Positions 42,021 to 56,515 of a DNA stretch of 64,000 nucleotides are shown here, piece by piece. Origin of the DNA: Octopus vulgaris (taxonomy: Eukaryota). The notes under the pieces are model-generated. The model did no database searches and was not told the DNA's origin. It saw nothing but the letters and a program-made list of their open reading frames with translations. Positions within the stretch are counted from its first letter, which is position 1. Every line of letters begins with the position of its first letter. The stretch covers positions 60,512,001 through 60,576,000 of the forward strand of contig OX597818.1 in NCBI GenBank assembly GCA_951406725.2, in the 5' to 3' direction. A program made the translations under genes and the position numbers.

Positions 42021-42922
42021 GATACTATATCTAACTTCAAGAAAATCATTAAATCTTCTACCCTAGTCAAAATAAACTTGACTAGTATTTGCATTACTTC
42101 TACATTGCTTTAACCGTCAATTCTTTGATGTTTCTGTGTATCTGCTATCCATACATTTGAGAATTTCCCCTGTAATCTGTAGTCATATTTCAGAATTGAA
42201 GAATACGAATATACGTTATAACTAAAATTTGGATATCCCTCTTAACGCTACACCGTACAGTGAACAACCATGCATACCATGCACTGTAGAGATTTATGAA
42301 ATATTTTAATTGAAGATTTCTTTCTCAAAAGTTACTTGTTTCGCGCTATTTTTTAATCTTAAAATTATAGGATAAAATATTTGTATAATTTTAAGTTATC
42401 TTATAATCATTCCTCGAAGTTGTAGTTGAATCGAATGTTTATTCGCTTGAGCTAATACACATGTAGACTTTTTAGGTTAAATAACACTTCATTAAACACA
42501 CATTCACACGTTCACAAACACACGTGCACACTCTCTTACTCTCTCTCTCTCATACGCACACTCCCTTACTCTCACACACACAAACGCACGTGCGAGCACA
42601 AACACATACACATACTCACACATGAAGTCTTGAAAGTGAATATTTCGCGATAACTTTTTCGTAAATTATCACCTTACAATCTAAATTTATGCCGTTATTT
42701 ACATTTTTTAATCTCTTAGCGTTTCTTTATTCTACACAGTTTACACCCGATATCTTTCCTAAATAATTTACACCCAATATCCGAGTTAATACGTTTTATG
42801 AAAGCATCTATAAGTCTATATCTATATCAAATTTTAAATAAAGCTAGCATTTTTAACACTATGCACAGCTGATATTTATTCTTACTCGATTTTTATCCTG
42901 CAAATATATATTTATATATATA

Positions 42923-43305
42923 CTAGCAGTATCGCCCGGCGTTGCTCAGGTTTGTAAGGAAAATAACTATAAAGCATTTTTAGAGAGTTATAGCCAAAAA
43001 ATAGCAAAAAAATGGAAAAAATTATGGTAAATTTTTTTTGAGATTTAAAAAAGGTGGAGTTGCGTCCCCTAGACAGTTTGTTGTTCGTGTTTCTGATTCT
43101 CAACCCCATGTCGAATTTATCGATTTTTTTCAGAACTGGGGGAACTTTTCAAAATTTTCGCTGCGTTAGTTTTGAATTATGACATTGGGCTATGTGTGTG
43201 TCAAGTTTCATCAGAATCGGTTGAAAGCCGTGGTCAGGGTGAGGGTACAAGCAAACAGACACACAGAAACACGCACAGACAAACTGCCGTTTATATAGAG
43301 AGAGA
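42923..43305 (-). mobile_element. Non-autonomous Helitron, chimeric ends
   Basis: 3' end as in 31581, 5' part as in 23155-23371. Confidence 0.85.
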
Positions 43306-44134
43306 TGTTACTGTGCAAATATGTCTCTCTATATAAATGCTACCTGTTCATATGAATTTACTACGAATAAAGCTGTTATTTGTTCTTAGCAGGTCACCCC
43401 CACTATTAGTGTAGTCATCAATTTAGAGTTAATACAATAATTATATTTTCCATCACATTAAAAGTTGTTGAGTATGTTAGTTTTACTGTATAGATATTAA
43501 ATGTTTTATTATATTCAAGTGTCGGAGGTGTAGTTTTACTTAGAGTTTGAAAAAAATGCATAATTGCAATGTTGGTTAAGGCGTATTTAGAGAGACAGGT
43601 GGGTTCACCTTTTCCTAGATTTCTTCTCTCATGCTAAACCGTTAAAACTTCCTTCTGGGTTTCATAGCGCCTTAAAATACTTAGATACTATTCTAAGTCT
43701 CTTTGGCAGAGTGTTAGTAGTATTATTCGAAGAAGATGCTCCTTCTTGGAGAGATATGGAGATAGCCATCGCTCTTATATTCCGTCTTTAATATTCTTAT
43801 AGCTGTGATAAGAATGCTAATGGTTAACAATTCCATGAATGAATTATCTTTCATTGTTAGGTAAGAAAGAATGTGTTTCATAGAAATGTATCTATTTCAT
43901 TTGGTATTCAAAGCAGTTGAGTTAGTTTATGTTTATTTTCTACGCTTTTCACTTAATTATTACTGATTATGTTTGCCAATAATAGTCTTCATACCACCAG
44001 GCTGTTTTGTAGAGTAGTAATTATCATGCTCTTTGTTTTGTTGGTTATGAGATACAGTATTTGCATTAGCTGTATGTTTATTATTTTTTTTTTGTCCGTG
44101 ACATGTTAACTTTTATTATTATTTTGTTCTGTGT

Positions 44135-44560
44135 GAAGCAGAGAGTTTGCAGACTCGTTAGCACACCTAGTAAAATGCTAAGCAGCTTTCGTCTTTACGT
44201 TCTGAGTTCAAATTTCACTGAAGTCGACTTTGTCTTTCATTCCTCTAGGTGTCGATAAAATTGAGCAGTGGGATCGGTCTTACCAACTTAACCGCTTCCC
44301 CGGAATTGGCAAATTTTGGCAACATTATTTTGGATTATATGCAAGGCAGCGAGCTGGTGCAGTCGTTACCGAGTCAGACAAAACTATTAGCATTATTTCT
44401 TCCGGCTCTTTATATTCCGAGTTCAAATTCTGCCAACGTCAATCTTTATGTTTTATCTTTTCGGAGACATTAAAATACGTATCAGTCGAGCACTGGGTTA
44501 GATGTACACGATTTTTCACTCCTCTCAAAAAATGCAGCCCTTATCAAAGAATCAGAAAGA
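44135..44560 (+). mobile_element. Two old family B SINE copies
   Basis: CGTTCTGAGTTCAAATTTCACTGAAGTCGACTTTG and CCGAGTTCAAATTCTGCC cores. Confidence 0.6.
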
Positions 44561-44689
44561 TTGTTATATCATTTATGTGGATGAGGATATGGTCATTTTT
44601 ATTACGTATGGGTAAAACTGTTACGTATCCCAGGTCGTCATGCTAATAGTTACTTAAAGTTAGTAATATAAAATATTTTTCCTCAAGCC

Positions 44690-45045
44690 TGCTTTGTCTG
44701 GGCACTTGGCTATACTAATCAGCATTATAGTTAAACACCAGTTTGTTGGCGCATATTTTGAAGATCCTAATAGATATATTCTTAACTCAATTACTAGTAA
44801 CTGATCCAGAGTGTTTGGATTACTTCTGTATGTATTAGAGCCTCCGTTAGCTTTATAAAATGCATACTGGAAACCAGTGTCGATATCTAATGAGTTATTA
44901 TGATAATTAATTGTCTTGGTATTACTGTTAATATTAATTGAAAGACCAAGACTTGAACAAAGTTTATGCCATCTTTTACAGAACCTTTTCCAAGCCGAAG
45001 TGTTAGGGTTCATAGCAGTAACAAGTGCATCACTCCTGCATAACG
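44690..45045 (-). mobile_element. Decayed Penelope-like reverse transcriptase fragment
   Basis: LCRSDALV...KRWHKLCSSLGLSININSNTKTINYHNNSLDIDTG..FYKAN..SNP..RIYLLGSS aligns by eye to the PLE RT pattern LYRDDGL...K.F...GL.I.I..N.K.VNFLD..L.L..G..PY.K.N...SNHP. Confidence 0.7.
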
Positions 45046-46638
45046 ACTGTTATGCAATCCCTGGAGATTACATAAGGTTTATAAAGATTTTTTTCCGTCG
45101 AAGCACGTAACATTGTTAATGAAAGACGTCTGAGATGTATCCAATAAGTATGAATATTTATCTCCACACTTAAGCCAAAGAAATACGCATACACATGTAT
45201 ATTCACATGTACACACACACACATACATATATCTGTGTATATGTGTATATCTGCGTTTGGATTTATTTAATCACGTGTGTGTGTGTTTGTGTGTGTCTGT
45301 ACACCAGTATAGAAATATAGATATGCATGGATTTATATGTATTATCTAGGTATGCTTATGCACACACACGCATATATATATATATATACATATACACGTG
45401 TGCATATGTCTTTATGACATTCACGTACATCTACACGGATGTATATTAATCATTCTAATATGTTCTATCGCTCTCTTACTCACACAAACACAAATATACG
45501 TGTATATACATATACACATCTCTCTCACTCTCTCATTCACTCTCTCATTAATGTATATATAAATATACACTGTGAGAAATAGATACGAAGAGATGGTGAA
45601 AGAATGTAAGATAGGGAAAACGAAACTATGTTGATGGAAAAGAGAGATTGAGTAATTTGTTGCAGTAGCAGCAGCTGTAGTGGTGATGGTGGTGTTGGTG
45701 TTGGTGCTGGTGCTGGTGATGGTGGTTGTGGCGGTGGCGGTGGTGGTGGTGGTGGTGGTGGTGGTGGTACACCATAGATAAGTGGCAATGTTCTGGTGTA
45801 GTTTAGTTGGAATACTTAACTACTGATAGATAAAAATAGTCTTATCAATGTCGCTGATAAGCTATCTGCACCATCTCAGTTTATTGCAATATGGCAGCGG
45901 GATTAAAGAAAGGGGCTTTCTATGTGCCTGTCTATGAGTGTGTCACTTTGCTTTCATACACACACACACACACGCGCACACACACATACACACACATATA
46001 TATCATATAGTGTGTCTACGCATATATATATATATGCATATATATATATATATGCATATATATGTGTATATATATATATATACATGCATACATACATATA
46101 TATATATGTATGCATACACCTAAAAATTTATATATACACAAATAATAGATTTACTTATATATATATATATGTGTGCACAAATACATACGTGTATTTCTCT
46201 ATATATGTATATTAAGGTTTCTTTGTATAAATTGACACTTATTTGTGTGTGCGAGCGCGCGAGCGCACACACACACACACACATATATATGTATGTAATG
46301 TTCATATATATGTATATATGTAGATATATATATCATGTATATATATATATATGTATATGCATATTTTATGCGTATTTAAATGCACACACATACTTATATA
46401 ATACACATATATATATATACGTATATATATTTATAGATATATATATATGCATATACATATATACATACATATATATTTACGTACATAAATATATGTATAT
46501 ATATATGAGTGTGTGTGTGTATAAATATATATGTATTTGTATGCAGGTATATATATCTATACACATCAGCACACAAACACACATATGTATACATATATAT
46601 GTATATATGTATATGCATAAATATATATCTATATATAC

Positions 46639-46699
<61 letters not shown>

Positions 46700-46746
46700 C
46701 ATGTACATATACATGCATATATACATGCATATATACATATATGCAC

Positions 46747-46781
<35 letters not shown>

Positions 46782-46820
46782 TATATATATATATATACAT
46801 ATAAATACATTTCTATACAG

Positions 46821-46870
<50 letters not shown>

Positions 46871-47436
46871 GTACATATACGTATGTATAAGAGGGGGAAA
46901 AGGGGGCAGTTTGGTTTGTCGCGTACGTGGATGAGAATCTGATTAAAAGTGTTATCTGAACAGAGGTGACGAAGAGCGAATCAGAGAGTTTCAACATTCG
47001 TTTATAAAGAGTTGTGAAATGAATGAAAGAAGGAAAGCTTGGCAGAGAAGTGTGTGTGGGTGTAAGTGTGTGTATGGGTATCTGTGAGCATATAGGTATA
47101 TGCATGCATAAGTCTTTCATCCACACACTCACATACTTACACACATACATATACGTACATACAATCATATTTGTGCTTCTCTTGAGCTAAGTGTTAGAAA
47201 GAGTAAGACGAAAGAATTTAAGCGAAGGAGAGAAGAGACTGATAGTAAAGTACAGTATGGGGGGGGGGGAAGGAAGAGATCAGAGATGAATGTGGGTAAA
47301 ATGAGAGGGTTGAGATTTATGGGCGTTGGAGAGAAAAGTAATTTTTAAAATCGGTAGAAGGAGAGGAGAGAATGGCGAGGGATGACGAGGATTTCTGAGA
47401 TGCTGAAGTAGACATATACATACATGTATGTTTATG

Positions 47437-47519
<83 letters not shown>

Positions 47520-48145
47520 ACAGAGGGCGAATGGGGGAAGTAGTGCGAGAATTGGAGGGAACAAAGGATGGAGGAAAATATTGAATGCAATAAAGGTGAA
47601 GTGTTAAAAGAATAAATAGGAAGGAGCAATAAGGAAAACAGAATGAAAAATGAATGAAATATAGAGGGAAAGAGCTTTGAAGAGAAAGAGTAAACTTGTT
47701 AAAGATAAAGAGAGTGTTAGAATGAGAGAAAATTTTATGAGAGAAAACGGTGGGTTAAGAGAAACTGACTAAAGCAGGGAACGAACTTATAAGACTGAAA
47801 AGCGGAGAGTAAAAGACAGTGACAAAGAAAGGAGAGTAAGGATTATATAAATGTAATAGGAAAGATTGCAGAAGATATGTACAGCAGTGAATGGTTAAGA
47901 TTAAATGGGGGAATGGGGGGAGAGATAGTGAGAGAGACAGAGGGAGAGAGAGTACAGGAAATGAAAAGGGAGAAGCAACATAAAACAGTGGAGTGGAGTG
48001 GAGAGGAGAAAGAAAAATAGAAACGGATAGCCAAAGAGAGAGGGGGTAAGAGAGAGCGAAAGAGAGAGAGAGAGACAGATAGACGGATTGAAAGAGACAG
48101 ACAGACAAGTAGATAGATAGATAGATAGATAGATATTTAGATAGG

Positions 48146-48179
<34 letters not shown>

Positions 48180-48180
48180 T

Positions 48181-48211
<31 letters not shown>

Positions 48212-48225
48212 TATATTTAGATAGG

Positions 48226-48272
<47 letters not shown>

Positions 48273-48306
48273 GTAGATAGATAGATAGATAGATGGATAG
48301 ATAGAC

Positions 48307-48405
<99 letters not shown>

Positions 48406-48786
48406 CAGATAGATAGAGAACACGAGCTAGAGATGAAAATTTGAGTGAACGAAGAAAGAAACAAGAGAATGTAAAATCTGAAGAATTCGGGAATAATATA
48501 TAAGTTTACTGTGGGGAGGTAACGAGTGGAATATTGGAAATTTGTCAAAGAGTGCCTTATGCATGAAGAACGTATTTAGACTTGGGCTCACATAATTAGC
48601 GAGGAAACCTAAATTAAGCATAACCTGCTGAAATTAAAGCCGTAATGAAGAGACATGCTATCATTGTTAATGGCATATTTTGTGAAGGAAGTCAAGGAAG
48701 AGAACTCGAAAACTCAAATTGATTAATGATTAAATGAGCTGAGACGGTAAGATCATCAGGATAGTGACGGTCAGAGATATACATAA

Positions 48787-49163
48787 CTAGCAGTATCGCC
48801 CGGCGTTGCTCGGGTTTGTAAGGGAAATAACTATATAAGCATTTTTAGAGATGCAAAGTATAATAGCCATCTCAATATGGCTAACCACAAAGGTGGGGGG
48901 GGTTCTGAGATTTAATAATACATCTTTAGAGAGTTACTTCCCTTATATAATAGCAAAAAAATGCATTAAAAATGGGAAAAAAATTATGGTAATTTTTTTT
49001 TTAAATCGTAGACTCATCGTAGACGCGCGCTAATACCCAGAAGGGCTTGATATGAATCACGACTATAAGATACCCGCTTTTGGTTACACTGCACCGCAAA
49101 ATGTGGGAGTAGTTAGGAATCTAAATCGTAGGAGACAGACACACAACTTCACTTTTATATATA
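48787..49163 (-). mobile_element. Non-autonomous Helitron
   Basis: Homologous to 25406-25801, with hairpin+CTAG 3' end. Confidence 0.85.
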
Positions 49164-49372
49164 CATAATATACCGACATTTAGTTCGCATCTGCTTGATG
49201 GTGATGCTTTGGACTTGCTATGGGTTCAAGACTGTCTAAGGATATGGTATGATATAAAACAAATAAAAAGGAGCTGGGAGTTTCTCTGATGAGGATTTAG
49301 CTGCTCCGATGTTATTGGAAGGTTATTGCAACTAGCATTTACTTAATTATATGAAATAATATACAGCAAATC

Positions 49373-49537
49373 GGCGTAGGAGTGGCTGTGTGGTAAGTAG
49401 CTTGCTTACCAACCACATGGTTCCGGGTTCAGTCCCACTGCGTGGCATCTTAGGCAAGTGTCTTCTGCTATAGCCCCGAGCCGACCAATGCCTTGTGAGT
49501 GGATTTGGTAGACGGAAACTGAAAGAAGCTTGTCGTA

Positions 49538-49624
<87 letters not shown>

Positions 49625-49840
49625 TTGTGTGTCTGCGTTTGTCCCCCTTGCATTGCTTGACAACCGATGCTGGTGTGTTTACGTCCCCGTCACTTAGCGG
49701 TTCGGCAAAAGAGACCGATAGAATAAGTACTGGGCTTACAAAAAAGAATAAGTCCCGGGGTCGATTTGCTCGACTAAAGGGGGTGCTCCAGCATGGCCGC
49801 AGTCAATTGACTGAAACAAGTAAAAGAGTAAAAGAGTAAA
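49373..49840 (+). mobile_element. SINE family C, full length
   Basis: GGCGTAGGAGTGGCTGTGTGGTAAG head, internal (TA)n(TG)n, TAAAAGAG tail. Confidence 0.9.
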
Positions 49841-49964
49841 GGAGACAGTTAAAGTGAGACCTGTAATGACAAATGCATTTTCCAGATTAAATCATGGAGC
49901 GAAAACGGTAATTCATTAAAGAGCAAACCTCTCTTCTTTTGACTAATACAATGAAAATCTTGGA

Positions 49965-50342
49965 GGCGCAATGGCCCAGTGGTTAGGGCAGCGGACTCGC
50001 GGTCATAAGATCGCGGTTTCGATTCCCAGACCGGACGTTGTGAGTGTTTATTGAGCGAAAACACCTAAAAGCTCCACGAGGCTCCGGCAGGGGATGGTGG
50101 TGATCCCTGCTGTAGTCTTTCACCACAACTTTCTCTCACTCTTACTTCCTGTTTCTGTTGTACCTGTATTTCAAAGAGCCGGCCTTGTCACTCTCTGTGT
50201 CACGCTGAATATCCCCGAGAACTACGTTAAAGGTACACGTGTCTGTGGAGTGCTCAGCCACTTACACGTTAATTTCACGAGCAGGCTGTTCCGTTGATTC
50301 GGATCAACCGGAACCCTCATCGTCGTAACCGACGGAGTGCTT
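49965..50342 (+). mobile_element. SINE family A, full length
   Basis: Near-identical to 38965-39342. Confidence 0.9.
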
Positions 50343-51203
50343 CCACCACTCCACATTGAAAATGCCTTGATACAATAAAATGTTCGTTGAGAATCCACGG
50401 CAGATTTTGATTTTGCTTTATTCTCAATACTATTGTGACAATATTGGTGAACAGCAGCCTAGGGTTTCAGGTTTTTCGTTTTTTTTTTATTGGAGATATC
50501 GGTTCTGTTTTTTGTTTTTCTGTTAATTTTTAACCGTTTGGACTCGTAACTTGATAACAGCAATACAACTCATCTTTCGATAAATAACAAATTTATATCA
50601 ATAATGTTGACCCTGATTATTGCCTAAACTATTTTCATTATTCTAGTATACACACTTATTTGCTTGTTTACACCTACTCCCTCTCCCCGCTAACTGTCTT
50701 GTTCACTTTCTCAATTAAATTTATGCCATTCTGTTTCTATTTAAGTATTTATCTATGATTATTGCTATCGCCATATATATTAATTATCTTCTTTTCCTTT
50801 ATCTTTCATTTCCATTCCTCTCTTCCGAAATTGGTTCTGCAATAATTAATCAGTTCAATTTAATTGATATGAATGAAGTTAAAGAATATGTAACTATTGA
50901 ATATACTAACCATATCACTTCAAAATACTAAGCACCACAACACAGTAAATATTGTTCTTTCTTGACAACAGCATCTGCAATTGTCTTCAGAAATGTTGTC
51001 ATAGGGTCAAATGCCATGGTTGGAGCCTACAGTCAGCTGGTGTATAGACCTGTTTTGCCAGCACCAATTCTTATCAGGGATGTCGCGAAGATTAATGACT
51101 GCTTTAGGATGGATTCGGCTTTTAACTATTCTATGATTTACAACCTTATTCTGCTATTCACCCTCTTGATCGACTAATTACAGTCCCACTCACTACATTT
51201 AGC

Positions 51204-51542
51204 CGAGTAACTCGACCCCGGGACTTATTCTTTGTAAGCCCAGTACTTATTCTATCGGTCTCTTTTGCCGAACCGCTAAGTTACGGGGACATAAACACAC
51301 CAGCATCGGTTGTCAAGCAATGCTAGGGGGACAAACACAGACACACAAACATACACGCACATATATATATATATACATGCATATATACGACGGGCTTCTT
51401 TCAGTTTCCGTCTACCAAATCCACTCACAAGGCTTTGGTCGGCCTGAAGCTATAGTAGAAGATACTTTCCCAAGTGGGACTCAACCCGGAACCATGTGGT
51501 TGGTAAGCAAGCTACTTACCACACTGCCACTCCTGCGCCTAT
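51204..51542 (-). mobile_element. SINE family C (3'-truncated)
   Basis: Matches 9665-10050. Confidence 0.85.
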
Positions 51543-52006
51543 ATTGGTAATTCTAATTTGAAATTTCACTGATAAACTATTGATTCATCAGAAGCATATC
51601 ATTGCTCGCTTGTTTATTTGGTGAACCTGATGAGTTGAGAGATGGATAACGTGCAGCAAATCCTTACGGATGCCTTGTACACTACATACCTGACTGTACT
51701 GTGTTTACGCTACACTGAAGATTCTTAATGAAGAAATGATAGCTGTGCCTGATAACCTATTCGTTTGTTTTATTATGTTCTTACGCCAGACTTAAGTTTC
51801 TATTCTTTTGAATAGTGTTGCAGTTGTGGACAACCAAATAGCAACGAACTTCCCTTCATCGACGCATTCCGTGCTATGGTAACGGTTTATTGAAATGTCT
51901 GATTGTCGCCATTCTGTCATGCCAATAACTATGGCATAATTTACCATGACGTACTTCTGTCTCTGCTGGGTTTTCTTTAATCAAAAGTCAAATCTCTCTC
52001 TCTGTT

Positions 52007-52085
<79 letters not shown>

Positions 52086-52140
52086 AGTGAATTGAAGAAA
52101 TGGAGTTGAACGAAGATTGAACAGAAATCCTTTTATTGCA

Positions 52141-52220
52141 TTCTACACGTGTTTCGAAAGCCACAATTTACCAAATTCCGATTGAATAAGGAGACCATAT
52201 TGTGTCTTTCTCTTCAGGAA
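52141..52220 (-). ncRNA. Hammerhead ribozyme motif (mirror copy)
   Basis: Reverse complement of 52764-52843. Confidence 0.75.
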
Positions 52221-52763
52221 GAAATGGGAATTCCGTTGGCAGGTTTTTTTGACAAAGCATGATTAGACGAACACACGAACACGTAAAATATTTTCTGCCG
52301 CCTGACGGATTTTTCAGCAGTGACCATTGTGTAGCGCTTTTTACCAACTTACGGCCGCGCGATTAAACGAACACACGAACACATAAAATATTTTCTGCCG
52401 CCTGACGGATTTTTCAGCAGTGACCATTGTGTGGCGCTTTTTACCAACTTACGGCCGCGCACATATAGAACAGTTCACACACACATGTTTCTAAGTAGAT
52501 TTTGTCTCGCCCCATATAATACACCTAATATTCTTAAAATAGTCAGAACCTTAGTCTCGGTCACAAAGAACATCTACGCACCCCGTGCTCTCACCCACCG
52601 GATTGACCGCTGCCTGACCTGTAAATATCTTCAACGCACCCACCACCCGATTTCAACATACATTGATAAACAGTTTGGCCATGGGCTCTTAGGAGCCTCC
52701 TCGTTCGATTTGTTTTGCTGCGCCTCTGTTCTGTTTTTGTTCTGCCAACGGAATTCCTATTTC

Positions 52764-52843
52764 TTCCTGAAGAGAAAGACACAATATGGTCTCCTTATTC
52801 AATCGGAATTTGGTAAATTGTGGCTTTCGAAACACGTGTAGAA
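52764..52843 (+). ncRNA. Type-I hammerhead ribozyme motif with extended helix II
   Basis: TTC-CTGAAGA-GAAAG-A-CACAAT(~31 nt)ATTGTG-G-CTTTC-GAA-ACACGTGT-A-GAA: canonical core, palindromic helix III, GUA site at 52838-52840, short helix I. Confidence 0.75.
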
Positions 52844-53071
52844 TGCAATAAAAGGATTTCTGTTCAATCTTCGTTCAACTCCATTTCTTCAATTCACTAA
52901 TAATATTAAAATTCAATTATCCACACCAACGCACGGTTGCAACACCATATGGTTGTACCTCCAACCGTGCTTTCTTCTGCTGTGATTTTTGCTACCAAGG
53001 TATCGGTTAAACTTTTGATTAATCTGCGACAAGATTATTCATCTTTCTATTTCACCAAACATATATATATA

Positions 53072-53109
<38 letters not shown>

Positions 53110-53140
53110 CGTATAAGCGTGTGCGTGTGTGTGCGCATGT

Positions 53141-53173
<33 letters not shown>

Positions 53174-53231
53174 TATACACACACATATATATATGTAAGT
53201 ATATATATATATATATATCTTTATTTATATG

Positions 53232-53553
53232 TGAATGCGCATGGCTCAGTGGTTAGAACATCGAGGTTTTGAGTTCGATTCCCGGACCGGGCTGGGTGTT
53301 GTGTTCTTGAGCAAGACACTTTATTTCACGTTGCTCCAGTTCACTCAGCTGTAGAAAACAGTTGCGACGTCACAGGTGCCAATCTGTATCGGCGTTTCAC
53401 TTCTCCTTGGATAACATCCATGGCGGGGAGAGGGAAGGCTGGAATGCATAGGCGACTGCTGGTCTTCCATAAACAACCTTGCCCGGACTTGTGCCTCGGA
53501 GGGTAACTTTCTAGGAGCAATCCGATGGTCATTCATGACCGAAGTGGGTCACC
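53232..53553 (+). mobile_element. SINE family D
   Basis: Matches 16041-16365. Confidence 0.85.
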
Positions 53554-53607
<54 letters not shown>

Positions 53608-54616
53608 GCTACTAAATATATACTATCGTACAAGATACAGGACTGCCAAAAGCATGTTGTCAGAATTCCATACGATCCATTACACTATACAGGAAAATCA
53701 TCTGTAGAGAATTCGTTTTATCTCATTGAAATTTCTTGGTACAGTTCTCATTCACTAAGAAGCTGATAATGCAAATGTACAAAAATAAAAGAAGACTGGT
53801 GACTTCAAATAATTACATATTAGAAACTTACAAAGCTTTAGAAACTGATTAGGCACGAAAACCTTAATGAATGTTTTATCACCAAATCATCGGTGTTTCT
53901 CATAATAAAATTCCTGACGAAGCTTCGATGATGTATTGTATAAGATTTGACGTAAACAACCGGAAATTTCTACTGAAACGTCTGTAAACAAAAAAATTCA
54001 AACTTTATTCTTCAATCATATTTCTGAAGTATGTATTTTATATATGTATATATATGCATATTTATATGTTTATATACGCACACACATAATAGATGCATAC
54101 ATACATAATACTCACACACGCACTCACACATACACACACACAAATATATACGCATATTATCCAGACAGAGAGAAAAAAGAGAAAGAGGTGGGGAGAGATA
54201 ACTAAAGACATTCAGAGAATGTGAAAACATACGAGCAACAAAAATTATAAGTCAGCGAGAGACATTGACATTTTCGATGAGGATTTCTTTATCACGCATA
54301 AGTATGTATAGGTATATGTGTGTGTGCGTATAAATGAATACATACATATATACATATATACGTACACACACACACATATATATACATATGTATATATTTA
54401 TATATAAATATATGCATATACATACACAAAACACACACACACATAGAGAGAGAGTCATATATATACATGTGTATGTATATATATATGCTTACTTGAATAT
54501 ATATGTATACATACATAAATGTGTATACATACACACACACACACGCCATATGCACACGCATATGCAAACATTGATACATAAAATATTTTTCTGTTATTGA
54601 TGGTTCCAGATCTACG

Positions 54617-54660
54617 TTCTTCTTCTTCTTATTATTATTCTTCTTATTATTATTATTATT

Positions 54661-54714
<54 letters not shown>

Positions 54715-54793
54715 AGTAGTAGTAGTAGTAGTAGTAGTAGTATCATTATTATTATTATCATCATCATCATCATCATCACCATCATCATTATTA

Positions 54794-54833
<40 letters not shown>

Positions 54834-54890
54834 TAATATTGTTATTATTGTTGTTGTTATTATTATTCTCATTAATATTACATCATCATT

Positions 54891-54928
<38 letters not shown>

Positions 54929-55047
54929 TATTATTATTATTATTATTACTATTAATATTATTATTATTGTTGTTGCTGTTATTATTATTATCATTATCAT
55001 CATCATCATTATTATTATTATTATTTATTATTACTATTTATATATTT

Positions 55048-55124
<77 letters not shown>

Positions 55125-55215
55125 TAATATTATTATTATTGTTGTTGCTGTTATTATTATTATCATTATCATCATCATTATTATTATTATTAATATTATT
55201 ACTATTTATATATTT

Positions 55216-55248
<33 letters not shown>

Positions 55249-55440
55249 GTCAACATCATCATCATCATCATCATTATTATTATTATTATTATTACTATTA
55301 ATATTATTATTATTGTTGTTGCTGTTATTATTATTATCATTATCATCATCATCATTATTATTATTATTATTAATATTATTACTATTTATATATTTATCAT
55401 CATCATCATCATCATCATCGTCGTCGTCGTCGTCGTTGCT
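54617..55440. repeat. Compound trinucleotide microsatellite (ATT/GTT/AGT/ATC) with ~175-bp higher-order triplication
   Basis: ACTATTAATATT..GTTGTTGCTGTT..ACTATTTATATATTTATC occurs three times in 54945-55430. Confidence 0.9.
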
Positions 55441-55996
55441 ATTTTATGTCCAATACATGTTGCCCTATATTTTTTTATTTATGTTTCCTCTCTCATGCAT
55501 TTATCATTCATTGTAATATTATTGTTCTTCATACTATTCTCTTGCTTATCCTTCCTTCCTTCCTTCCTTACTTTTCTTATACATTTTCTTCCCGTTCCTT
55601 CATTTTTGCTTCACATTCTTATATTTCCTTATTGCTATATCTTTAATTTATTTTTATTTTATTTCTATTTTATTTTTTCTCCGTTTTTTTTTTTTTTCTC
55701 TTCTTGTATTTTTTTTGTTCGCATTTCTTATTGTTATCAATTTATTTTCGCCTTTGTTTTAGTCCACTCTGATCTGAAAGGAGATTTATAATCAAAAATG
55801 GGTTGTCAGTTGAAGGTTACCCATGGATGAAAAAAGTCTTCAAGCCGAAGATACACAGCGCAATGATTGATCTGGTTGCTATCAATGCCTTGTCTGTGAT
55901 CGGAATCTTTAATAAACTCTTGGTTAGCTTATCAACCACAGGTTTGTCGGTTTCTGAGAAGTGATGCTTTGTAATCCTTCAGTTAGTTATAGCTTT

Positions 55997-56032
<36 letters not shown>

Positions 56033-56107
56033 ATGAGAAGAACGTTTGTACATTATAGAGAGAAGGCAAAAAATAGATTTACATTTGATTTCTGTTTGTG
56101 TCTATGA

Positions 56108-56157
<50 letters not shown>

Positions 56158-56184
56158 GTGTGTGCGGGTATGTTGCATAAATAT

Positions 56185-56400
56185 TCTTTTGCTTGTTTCA
56201 GTCATTTGACTTCGGCCATGCTGGAGCACCGCCTTTAGTCGAGCATATCAACCCAGGAGCTTATATTCTTTGTAAGCCCAGTTACTTATTCTATCGTTGG
56301 TATCTTTTGCCGAAAGGCTAAGTTACGGAGACGTAAACACACCAGTATCGGTTGTCAAGAGATGTTAGTGGGACAAAGACAGACACACTAACACACAAAC
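56185..56400 (-). mobile_element. SINE family C 3' half
   Basis: TTGTTTCAGTCATTTGAC..GCTGGAGCACCGCCTTTAGTCGAG. Confidence 0.8.
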
Positions 56401-56428
56401 ATACATACATACCTACCTACCTACATAC

Positions 56429-56511
<83 letters not shown>

Positions 56512-56515
<4 letters not shown>

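Larger units (their letters stand above)
52077..53060. mobile_element. ~1-kb PLE-like fold-back element between (TA)n tracts (family H6)
   Basis: Near-perfect inverted arms 52077-52242 and 52742-52906. The 500-bp spacer holds a 100-bp direct repeat (52261-52460). A ~150-bp tail precedes (TA)n. Confidence 0.9.

Noticed and set aside
53910-53990. CTGACGA ... GAAACGTC spacing
   Set aside because: Helices I and II do not pair convincingly.
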